A stretch of DNA of 12,165 bases from Candidatus Hydrogenedentota bacterium. Its GTDB lineage: Bacteria > Hydrogenedentota > Hydrogenedentia > Hydrogenedentales > SLHB01. Where the stretch lies: assembly GCA_034408725.1 (NCBI GenBank), contig JAWXCN010000184.1:1-12165 (forward strand). The letters are read 5' to 3'. Below, piece after piece: positions 1 through 6,604 of the stretch (position 1 is its first letter; each line of letters begins with the position of its first letter). Under the pieces are notes generated by a model. It made no database searches. It worked only from the letters and a program-made list of their open reading frames with translations, and was not told the DNA's origin. Made by a program: the position numbers and the translations under genes.

Positions 1-211
1 AATGAGGACCGGCCAAGCCGTTGATCGGGCCTTCGATAACCTGCACATACGCCAACTTTTCTTCGAGCTTGGCGACCGTCTTCTCCAACTTTCTGATGCG
101 CGATCGAAGGTCCTTGTTATCGTCCCCCGCCCGGATGGGGAGGGTGGTTATACCTATTGCAACGATTACACCGACTGTAACCAGCAATGCGGACCGCAGA
201 AACGAGTACAT
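1..211 (-). CDS. Hypothetical exported protein, N-terminal part (signal peptide plus coiled coil); continues beyond the left edge
   Basis: Not in the ORF track because it is open at the edge. Manual translation from ATG 211: MYSFLRSALLVTVGVIVAIGITTLPIRA-GDDNKDLRSRIRKLEKTVAKLEEKLAYVQVIEGPINGLAGPH. GAAGGAGAG RBS just upstream, hydrophobic h-region, heptad L/I/V pattern. Confidence 0.85.
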   Translation of the reverse strand, partial: MYSFLRSALLVTVGVIVAIGITTLPIRAGDDNKDLRSRIRKLEKTVAKLEEKLAYVQVIEGPINGLAGPH

Positions 212-300
212 GGACGCTCTCCTTCGTCTCGAGCTTTGGGTCTTGGACAGGGATTACCCAGGAGACAGGTCTGCGTAATCATCATCAATAGCCCGACGCA

Positions 301-329
301 ACGGTACGCCTAAATCATAAATATGGCAA
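301..329 (-). promoter_or_regulatory. Putative sigma70 promoter for the 1..211 gene
   Basis: Minus strand TTGCCA (329-324), 17 nt, TACCGT (306-301), in an AT-rich patch about 90 nt upstream of the ATG. Confidence 0.45.
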
Positions 330-441
330 TACGTGGTGAAGGAGGCGGAACCGCAAGCGCGCGATCTTGGCGCGTCCGCGGGTTCATGCCCCAGCCCAGT
401 TCGGCGAGAACATCGTAGAGGTCGTAGTCTTCACGCTGCAT
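310..441 (-). pseudogene. Short relic resembling the type I restriction subunit HsdR C-terminal (EcoEI_R_C-like) region
   Basis: Manual translation MQREDYDLYDVLAELGWGMNPRTRQDRALAVPPPSPRIAIFMI*. The DYDLYDVLAELGxGxxPxTRxxRA segment resembles, from recall, EcoAI/EcoEI-type HsdR C-termini. There is an in-frame stop 8 codons upstream and no RBS. Confidence 0.5.
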
Positions 442-647
442 GTGCCGAGACGTATCGTTTCCGGCCTAGCATTCACATTGATTACCCGCCTGCGCCCTAA
501 TCCAGTCCGGCATTGATGAAGGTGGCCGCATACCAGACCCGAGGCTTGCAACCGTTCGCCGCGGGACTGTGAACAAGTACGACGCACTGCGCGCAAATCA
601 TCACCACGCGTTTTGCCAGGGGGCGAACCATCGAACTGATCACGAGT

Positions 648-749
648 TTAGAAAAAATCAAAGATGAAGAATAAAGCTTCGAAGAATTCACCTACACTCA
701 GATCGAATATGGCGGTAACAAGCCCGAGTATGACGAGTAAAATTTCCAT
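648..749 (-). CDS. Small hydrophobic protein, 33 aa (MEILLVILGLVTAIFDLSVGEFFEALFFIFDFF)
   Basis: ATG at 749 with AGGAG (761-757) 7 nt upstream and a well-spaced promoter upstream. It is the C-terminal part of track ORF 648..884. Confidence 0.65.
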   Translation of the reverse strand: MEILLVILGLVTAIFDLSVGEFFEALFFIFDFF

Positions 750-788
750 GGCGGGGCTCCTGTTTCGACAGTCCAGCGTTGCATGGGC

Positions 789-817
789 AGTGTAACGATG
801 GCGCACGGGGTGTTCAA
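789..817 (-). promoter_or_regulatory. Putative sigma70 promoter for the 33-aa ORF
   Basis: Minus strand TTGAAC (817-812), 17 nt, TACACT (794-789); lies downstream of the terminator at 895-935. Confidence 0.6.
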
Positions 818-894
818 ACCAAAGATGTTCACTGTCGCCAACTACACACGCGGACCCCAGTTGGTATTCGCGCAAAAGTATCACCGTTAGGGAG

Positions 895-935
895 AAAAAA
901 CGGATGGAGCCCGCTCGGGGGAAACGGGCCCCATC
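895..935 (-). terminator. Rho-independent terminator of the PEP-CTERM gene
   Basis: Minus strand GATGGGGCCCG / CGGGCTCCATC 11-bp stem (one G-U) followed by CGTTTTTT, 21 nt after the stop at 957. Confidence 0.8.
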
Positions 936-956
936 GCTGGGAACGGAAGTGGAGGA

Positions 957-1382
957 TTACTTCCTAAAGCGCCGGCGAACTGCGAGAGCAGCCAGGCCCA
1001 TTCCCATGACGGCCATGCTGGCAGGTTCCGGCACAACGTTGGTTTCGTTGTCGTGCCAGTCATGCCAATCGTTCCAGTTCCAATCGCCCCAATCCCAACC
1101 GTGCCAGTTGTGCCAGCCGTGCTTGTTTCCATTTGCAAAGGCGGCAAGCGACTTTGCCGTGGAGGCTTCGCCATCGGTATATATTTTCGCAACGGGCTCC
1201 GTTGAACCGGCCGGGCCATCAAATACCGCTTCGAGCGAAGCGGGTGACGTGAAATTTTCTTGGAACAGATTGAATTCGCTTTGCACGTTTCCGTTTGAGT
1301 CCGCCGTGATGGTGGCGAATACGGGGCTGCTGATTGCCGCCCCCACAGGAAATGTGAAACTCAGGCAGAAGCGTGTCTGCAT
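957..1382 (-). CDS. PEP-CTERM sorting-domain protein (exosortase substrate), 141 aa
   Basis: C-terminus VPEPASMAVMGMGLAALAVRRRFRK is PEP motif + TM helix + basic tail. N-terminal signal-like segment ending PVFA; AAGGGG RBS; downstream terminator. Confidence 0.92.
   Translation of the reverse strand: MQTRFCLSFTFPVGAAISSPVFATITADSNGNVQSEFNLFQENFTSPASLEAVFDGPAGSTEPVAKIYTDGEASTAKSLAAFANGNKHGWHNWHGWDWGDWNWNDWHDWHDNETNVVPEPASMAVMGMGLAALAVRRRFRK
1050..1121 (-). repeat. Coding low-complexity (x)xW repeat HGWHNWHGWDWGDWNWNDWHDWHD
   Basis: Degenerate 9/6-nt units (gtgccagtt/gtgccagcc/catgccaat); 8 Trp, 5 His and 5 Asp in 24 residues. Confidence 0.85.
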
Positions 1383-1432
1383 GTCTTAACCCCTTTTAAC
1401 AGCTTCTCTATTCGTCAGCGTCAAGAGTTAAG

Positions 1433-1448
1433 GCAAGATGCTTGCCAA
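1433..1448 (-). promoter_or_regulatory. sigma54 (RpoN) -24/-12 promoter for the PEP-CTERM gene
   Basis: Minus strand TTGGCAAGCATCTTGC has GG-N10-GC, close to consensus TGGCACG-N4-TTGC, 50 nt upstream of the ATG. sigma54 sites upstream of PEP-CTERM genes are an established association. Confidence 0.75.
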
Positions 1449-1595
1449 TGAGAGTTTTGAGCCTGCAACCTATGTTGCTTAAACGGATTAGGTATCGCTC
1501 TTGGGAAGTTGCGCATCGAAGGTGTATGGTCACGCCGGGCACACAAGCGTTCGGAATTGACGATGTCTTATGCAAAGCTGAGCAAAGAATGGGTC

Positions 1596-1633
1596 AAAAA
1601 TAAAGAACGCTGCGCCGGGTCCGGAGCAGCGTT
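1596..1633 (-). terminator. Rho-independent terminator of the hydratase/dehydrogenase gene
   Basis: Minus strand AACGCTGCTCCG-GACC-CGGCGCAGCGTT stem (one mismatch) followed by CTTTATTTTT, 23 nt after the stop at 1657. Confidence 0.75.
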
Positions 1634-1656
1634 TTCAACAAAAGTGATGAATATCA

Positions 1657-3747
1657 CTATACGGTAAAATTCTTGCCCTCGCGTGCCATTCGTTCCAGTA
1701 GCGGAGCGACTTCCCAAAGTTTGCCTTGCGTGGTAAAGAACTTGCGCACGTCGCCGCATACGCTGTCAACGCCAGTGCTGTCCGCATAGAACATCGGACC
1801 GCCGCGAAATACGGGAAAGCCGTAGCCATAGATATAAATCACGTCGATGTCGCTGGCGCGAAGCGCGATGCCCTCTTCAAGGATGCGCGCTCCTTCGTTG
1901 ATCAGCGGATAAATGCAGCGCTTGAGAATTTCCTCATCGGAAATGTCGCGGCGCGTGATGCCCTGCGCTTTCGATTCCGCGACAATGAGCGATTCGACTT
2001 CCGGGTCAGAAATGGGGGAGCGGTTGCCCGGTTCGTATTTGTAAAAGCCCGCGCCGGTTTTTTGTCCGTAGCGGCCCTGCTCGCATAGCTTATCGCCGAT
2101 GGCCGAGTAGCGTTCATCTTTGGGTCGGGTCGCGGCCTGTCGTTTTCGGATGCGCCAGCCCACGTCGAGTCCGGCGAGATCGCTCATTTGTAGCGGACCC
2201 ATGGGAAATCCGAAGTCATACAGGACTTTGTCGACCTGCTGCGGGAGCGCGCCTTCTTCGAGGAGGAACATGGCTTCGCGCACGTAGCCGTGGATCATAC
2301 GGTTGCCCACAAAGCCGTCGCACACGCCGACGACCACGCCGACCTTTTTGATCGTCTTGGCGAGCGCCAGCGCGGTGGCGAGCGTTTCCTTCGAGGTTTT
2401 TTCCGCGCGCACAATTTCCAGGAGCTTCATCACGTTGGCGGGACTGAAGAAGTGGAGGCCGATGACTTTGTCGGGCCGCGAGGTGGCAGCGGCGATTTCA
2501 TTCACGTCGAGTGTCGAAGTATTGGTCGCGAGGATCGCTTCCGGTTTGCACACGGCATCGAGTTTTTTGAACACCTCTTTCTTGATGTCCATTTCCTCGA
2601 ACACGGCTTCCACGACAATATCGACGTTCTTGATCGCGTCGTAACTGGTGGCGGGCGTGATGAGTCCCATGCGCTGGTCCATTTTTTCCTGCGTCAGTTT
2701 TCCTTTCGAGACCGTATTCGCATAGTTCTTTTTGATTACGCCGAGACCTTTGTCGATGAATTCCTGTGAGCTGTCGATGAGCACGACAGGGATGCCGGCG
2801 TTCACGAAGTTCATGGCAATGCCGCCGCCCATCGTTCCCGCGCCGATGACCGCCGCGGACCGTATGGGGAGCGTGGATTGATCCTTCGGTATGTCCGGAA
2901 TTTTGGAGACTTGGCGTTCGGCGAAGAAAATGTGGCGTTGCGCAAATGATTGTGGAGAAAACAGGCACTCGCCGAAAATTTCGCGTTCGCGTTCGAGTCC
3001 CTTGTCGAACGGTAGAGTTACGGCGGCTTCGACCGCATCCACGCCACGCTGTGGCGCTTCAAACCCCCGCTTGGTTTGTGCGAGCACTTTACGAAATTCA
3101 TCAAATATCCCGGGAGACTGTTTCCCCTCAGCCAGTTTTTCGTGCAGGTCGCGAATGCGGCGGAGCGGGCGTTTTTCCGCGACGACTTTTTCCGCAAATG
3201 CCGCGGCGCCTTCCAATTTCTCGTCAATGATCTCATCTACGATTCCCAGCGCATGCGCTTTGGCGGCGGGAATCGGGTCGCCCCCGGTTATCATCTCCAA
3301 TGCCGCTTTCACGCCGGCGATACGCGGGAGCCGTTGGGTGCCGCCCGCGCCCGGAACGATTCCGAGTTTCACTTCCGGCAAACCGACTTGCGCGGAAGGC
3401 GCCGCGCACCGGTAATGACATCCGAGCGCTGTTTCGAGACCGCCTCCGAGCGCTGTGCCATGAATCGCCGCGATGACGGGTTTTGGCGAGTTCTCGAGCG
3501 CTGCGATGACGGCGTTGAGGTCCGGTTCCTCGAGTGGCCGGCCAAACTCAGTGATGTCGGCCCCCGCGATAAACGTCCGGCCCGCGCAGATGAGCACGAG
3601 CGCCTTCGCATCTGCGTCGTCCGCGCCTTGTTTCAAACAATCCACTATGCCACGGCGCACTCCTACGCTGAGCGCGTTTACCGGCGGATTGTCCACAGTG
3701 ATGAACCCAATCGCGCCCTTTCGGCTGTACGTTACCAGTTGACTCAT
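1657..3747 (-). CDS. Bifunctional enoyl-CoA hydratase / 3-hydroxyacyl-CoA dehydrogenase (FadB/PimF-like beta-oxidation multifunctional enzyme), 696 aa
   Basis: Crotonase motifs [39 protein letters not shown]; Rossmann [59 protein letters not shown]. Confidence 0.97.
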   Translation of the reverse strand: MSQLVTYSRKGAIGFITVDNPPVNALSVGVRRGIVDCLKQGADDADAKALVLICAGRTFIAGADITEFGRPLEEPDLNAVIAALENSPKPVIAAIHGTALGGGLETALGCHYRCAAPSAQVGLPEVKLGIVPGAGGTQRLPRIAGVKAALEMITGGDPIPAAKAHALGIVDEIIDEKLEGAAAFAEKVVAEKRPLRRIRDLHEKLAEGKQSPGIFDEFRKVLAQTKRGFEAPQRGVDAVEAAVTLPFDKGLEREREIFGECLFSPQSFAQRHIFFAERQVSKIPDIPKDQSTLPIRSAAVIGAGTMGGGIAMNFVNAGIPVVLIDSSQEFIDKGLGVIKKNYANTVSKGKLTQEKMDQRMGLITPATSYDAIKNVDIVVEAVFEEMDIKKEVFKKLDAVCKPEAILATNTSTLDVNEIAAATSRPDKVIGLHFFSPANVMKLLEIVRAEKTSKETLATALALAKTIKKVGVVVGVCDGFVGNRMIHGYVREAMFLLEEGALPQQVDKVLYDFGFPMGPLQMSDLAGLDVGWRIRKRQAATRPKDERYSAIGDKLCEQGRYGQKTGAGFYKYEPGNRSPISDPEVESLIVAESKAQGITRRDISDEEILKRCIYPLINEGARILEEGIALRASDIDVIYIYGYGFPVFRGGPMFYADSTGVDSVCGDVRKFFTTQGKLWEVAPLLERMAREGKNFTV

Positions 3748-3861
3748 GGCTTGGCCCTTCTCCTTCCCCTCGTGGTTGCAGCAAACGGCGGTATCGTAGC
3801 GCGAATCATGGGGGCAATAAAATGCGGAGCACCATCAGCAAGGCGCTGCCCCGCGTATGCA

Positions 3862-4362
3862 TCAACGAGTGGCGTCGCGTTTCTTGATGAAGTAAACCAT
3901 CACAATTCCCGCGAAGACTCCGTTGGTGACACCCATTAACCCGCCTACAAGAAGTGATCGTTGAATCATCGTCACCGCCCAGTCGTGATTGGTCGAACTG
4001 AGCAGAAGCACGAGCGGACAAACGCCCGCCGTTATCGCGCCTACGGGTCCGCCAAGTAAAGCGCCACCGAGCGCGCCCCGCGGATAGGTGGGTTTACCTG
4101 CAATGCGTAGGCCCAGATTTGCGGCCGCGGCCGCCAGGAACGCCCCGGCTGTCAGACCAAGCACATTGCCGATGACCAGTCGTAGAAAGTACACGGCACG
4201 GAATGATTGTTCGTCCGCGGGTTCCAACGGGGGCATTCCCCATGTTGCAACGACGACAATGGTTAAAACGTATGGAGGCATGAGGCCGAAGAAGAGTCCG
4301 GCAATCGCCGCCCACATGATGATGTTCTCGTGCAAGCCTTCTGGTGCAATGGATTTTTTCAC
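3862..4362 (-). CDS. Hypothetical integral membrane protein, about 4 TM, Gly/Ala-rich (GxxxG) helices, 166 aa
   Basis: GTG start overlaps the upstream TGA (GTGA at 4362-4359) with GAGGG upstream; four hydrophobic segments; basic C-tail KKRDATR. Confidence 0.85.
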   Translation of the reverse strand: MKKSIAPEGLHENIIMWAAIAGLFFGLMPPYVLTIVVVATWGMPPLEPADEQSFRAVYFLRLVIGNVLGLTAGAFLAAAAANLGLRIAGKPTYPRGALGGALLGGPVGAITAGVCPLVLLLSSTNHDWAVTMIQRSLLVGGLMGVTNGVFAGIVMVYFIKKRDATR

Positions 4363-4904
4363 GGACCCTCGATTCGCGCATCGCTTGGCGCCAACCAGCG
4401 GCGCAACGCATGTTCGATTATAAAGAAGAATCCACCGGCTAGGAACATAATAATGGCGAGAAAGGTTGCGTGGGAATGAAAAAAGCTTTCACAGCCGCGC
4501 TGAACAGCAAACGCAACATTTACGTTTGCCGACGCCGGCGTCAGGAGCCGGCTCAGACCGATCAGAACGGCAAGGGTAATCAATGCCTTCCACCAAACGC
4601 CGCGAGGCACGCCCAGGCGCGTGGCGCCGTAGAGACCGATAACCAGCCCGCCAACATGCGTCAGGCAGGAGGTGGGGAAGAATTCCGCGCCGGCAGCCAA
4701 ATCCAGAAGCCATAGCGGCGTGCCCATCGCGAGAAATAGAGTGCCGATTCCAGACGTTGTTGGGGAGGAAATGAGAAACCCCACTCCCACGATTGCCGCC
4801 CCAAGATGGCAGGCCCAGAGCGAGTTTTCGGGTTTGCCGTGAAAGACGTGGTAGCTGGCATGGATTGCATAAAAACTAAGCGCGATTGCCCCTAACAGGG
4901 CCAT
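4359..4904 (-). CDS. Multi-pass membrane protein, TMEM164/YwaF-like (putative acyltransferase/lipid hydrolase)
   Basis: About 6 hydrophobic segments; motifs LWACH, LTHVGG and ANVN placed like the Cys-His, second His and NxN motifs of TMEM164-type proteins. ATG 4904 is preceded by GGAG; the track's GTG 4916 is an alternative start. CDS is confident, family less so. Confidence 0.7.
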   Translation of the reverse strand: MALLGAIALSFYAIHASYHVFHGKPENSLWACHLGAAIVGVGFLISSPTTSGIGTLFLAMGTPLWLLDLAAGAEFFPTSCLTHVGGLVIGLYGATRLGVPRGVWWKALITLAVLIGLSRLLTPASANVNVAFAVQRGCESFFHSHATFLAIIMFLAGGFFFIIEHALRRWLAPSDARIEGP

Positions 4905-4933
4905 TCGCTTCTCCACTATACGCGCGCGGGCGG

Positions 4934-5356
4934 TTATGCGCGTCCTTTTCCCTTGGCGAGGGCTTTGGCGAACGCAAAGGTTCCCGCGACGGTGAACGCT
5001 GCTACGGCGACGCCGGTGGCCGCGGTAATGGCGCGGTTAACCTGTCGGCTGCGCTTCGTACCCGTTGTACACCAATGGGCGAAATGTTCGCAGTTGTTAA
5101 AGATGGCGCTGTAACGCATCTCTTCGAGTCGGCTTTCCGCGCGCGCGATAATCCCCTCCGAGTCGTATGCCGAGTCGGATTTAACGCGGCGAACGACCCC
5201 GCCTTTTGCAAAGGCTTCGCGGGAGGTGCGGCGGACCGCCGCGCCCGCTGAGTTAAACAACTCGCCGGTGTAGTGAATGACGGTATCGTCGCCACAGTCG
5301 ATGCCGTGGTGCCAATAGCCATTGCGCCAAACCCTGAGATGATCGCCTCGTGCCAT
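4934..5356 (-). CDS. LRAT/NC-domain protein (permuted NlpC/P60 acyltransferase/phospholipase family), 140 aa
   Basis: GDHL..R.GYWHHGI..GD..VIHY and YSAIFNNCEHFAHWC.TG give the His/His/Cys triad; C-terminal hydrophobic anchor. ATG 5356 with GGAG upstream, so the track's 53-aa extension is probably not real. Confidence 0.93.
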   Translation of the reverse strand: MARGDHLRVWRNGYWHHGIDCGDDTVIHYTGELFNSAGAAVRRTSREAFAKGGVVRRVKSDSAYDSEGIIARAESRLEEMRYSAIFNNCEHFAHWCTTGTKRSRQVNRAITAATGVAVAAFTVAGTFAFAKALAKGKGRA

Positions 5357-5392
5357 AACGTTAAAACTCCATGATAATACTATTCCAGCCTT

Positions 5393-5421
5393 ATTGTCCC
5401 CGGAATTCATCCGGCTGTCAA
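5393..5421 (-). promoter_or_regulatory. Putative sigma70 promoter of the LRAT operon, with an inverted repeat in the spacer
   Basis: Minus strand TTGACA (5421-5416), 17 nt, GACAAT (5398-5393); CCGGA-N5-TCCGG at 5400-5414. Confidence 0.5.
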
Positions 5422-5483
5422 CTGATGGCTGTAGTGGATACCCGCGTGTAAAGAGCAGCAACCGCCATACCATCTCGTCAATT

Positions 5484-6134
5484 TCAGTTGGTGGAGACAG
5501 GCGGCTCCTCGACATCCAGGAAAGGTTGCTTGTTCCACTCGTCGTATTTGGTTGCTGCCGCCAACTCCGGCGACGTTATGACGAGATAACCGGGACCATA
5601 GGTGTAAGTCAGGTCCATGGGAATTAGAAGCGCTTTTAAAATTTCACTTAAGGGAACCATGTCCATTTTTATGTGCGGGAAAAATCCAGTCGATTTGCGA
5701 ATGCCCTTATCAATTACAAAATAAGCAGGTTGAGAATTGGGTGGACGCTTGGCGAGTTCGGGGACAGCACGCGCATCGAACCGGATATCGAACTTCAAGT
5801 ATCGCTCGACAAAAAGAAGTGAGCGCACAACGTGCTGGTCTGAAAACTCCATCGCCATTGGCAACTTTAATTTTTCAATTAAAACGACTTCGCCTGAAGG
5901 CGCGACCGGATCAGCCCAGTTATTTTTACCCATATTGTCCGGAGACGTAACCCAGATGAAGTCGGGATGAAGTTCGTATGCGAGGCCCAGTTCACCAAGT
6001 AGCGCGTCCAACGCATCGCCCAACGGGACGTCTCCCATATTGGTGTACTCGATAATTCCATCTGTAACATACAGCGCTTCTACCGCGGGATCAGATGGCG
6101 CAGGATTCAGCGTGGGTGGCAATGGTGGGACTAC
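5484..6134 (-). pseudogene. 5'-truncated gene for a protein with repeated secretin-N/STN-like domains
   Basis: Open frame VVPPLPP...PVSTN*. Two similar segments (YVTDGIIEYTNMGDVPLGDALDALLGELGLAYELHPDFIWVTSP and STGFFPHIKMDMVPLSEILKALLIPMDLTYTYGPGYLVITSP). The first 14 codons of the track ORF lie in IS sequence; no native start, RBS or signal peptide. Confidence 0.65.
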
Positions 6135-6258
6135 CAAGCGTAATAGCCGCTGCGCGAAGCACCCACGACCTCGCACAGCTCACGAACGCAATATGTCGTC
6201 GCCAAACCGCCAATCACGGCATACTTTCCGGCGACTGTTCGGAAAGTATGCCCAAGGC
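6131..6258 (-). pseudogene. IS3 orfB transposase fragment (-1 frame), truncated
   Basis: SLGHTFRTVAGKYAVIGGLATTYCVRELCEVVGASRSGYYAW*; LC.V.G.SRSGYYAW is the typical OrfB N-terminal motif. TAG follows immediately. Confidence 0.88.
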
Positions 6259-6519
6259 TTTTTTTAAGATATCCCGCTGGCGCTTGAGCGTTTCGATTTC
6301 CCGGCGCAACCGCCGAAGTTCCTCGGCCGAGTCTGCGGACACCGGCCCCCTCGGGGGCCCCTGGGGGTCTCGCTCTCGTAGATACCGGTCTCGCCAATCC
6401 CGCAATGTGCCAGGACAAACACCCAAATCCTGGGCAAGCGGCTTCAGTTCCTTGCCGCCGCCGAGTAACAACTCTACTGCGTCGCGCTTGAATTCACCAT
6501 CATATTTGCGTCGTGACAC
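6214..6519 (-). CDS. IS3-family transposase OrfA (HTH plus leucine zipper), 101 aa
   Basis: RRKYDGEFKRDAVEL...LAQDLGVCPGTLRDW (HTH), EELRRLRREIETLKRQRDILKKALGI (zipper); GTG start with AAGGAG RBS. Confidence 0.93.
   Translation of the reverse strand: MSRRKYDGEFKRDAVELLLGGGKELKPLAQDLGVCPGTLRDWRDRYLRERDPQGPPRGPVSADSAEELRRLRREIETLKRQRDILKKALGILSEQSPESMP
6218..6265 (-). promoter_or_regulatory. Programmed -1 ribosomal frameshift signal
   Basis: Minus strand AAAAAAAG (6265-6258), 5-nt spacer, then a perfect 13-bp stem GGCATACTTTCCG / CGGAAAGTATGCC with a 9-nt loop. Confidence 0.9.
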
Positions 6520-6550
6520 GTCGGGTCTCCTTGAACCATTCTACCCCTAC

Positions 6551-6576
6551 GTGTCCGTCAAAACAGGGCAACCCCA
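6551..6576 (-). repeat. IS3 left terminal inverted repeat (IRL)
   Basis: 5'-TG start and GGACA end typical of IS3-family IRs; about 30 nt upstream of orfA. Confidence 0.8.
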
Positions 6577-6604
6577 CTGGTGGTGCTGCAAACAAGAATG
6601 AAAA

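Larger units (their letters stand above)
6131..6576 (-). mobile_element. IS3-family insertion sequence remnant (left IR, complete orfA, first ~40 codons of the orfB frame)
   Basis: Left end TGGGGTTGCCCTGTTTTGACGGACAC, orfA, A7G slippery site with hairpin, then orfB-type VRELCEVVGASRSGYYAW and a stop; no DDE domain. Confidence 0.92.

Noticed and set aside
2-313. Plus-strand ORFs 2..313 and 21..278
   Set aside because: Antisense shadows of the minus-strand gene starting at 211, which has an RBS and signal peptide.
350-381. GC hairpin after ORF 384..596 as a terminator
   Set aside because: No U-tract, it lies within the HsdR-like relic frame, and ORF 384..596 has no RBS or protein-like features.
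887-1389. ORFs 887..1222 (-; GT repeats) and 904..1389 (+; CQ/QP repeats resembling a RiPP precursor)
   Set aside because: Alternative-frame readings of the W/H/D repeat in the PEP-CTERM gene; no modification enzymes nearby.
1726-3939. Many long overlapping ORFs, e.g. 3076..3939 (+)
   Set aside because: Antisense or off-frame shadows of the high-GC hydratase/dehydrogenase gene.
6135-6176. Track start of the 230-aa ORF at 6176
   Set aside because: Lies inside IS orfB sequence in another frame; chimeric and without an RBS.
6344-6370. GGCCCCC-TC-GGGGGCC palindrome
   Set aside because: Within the orfA Pro/Gly linker and upstream of the slippery site; no evident role.
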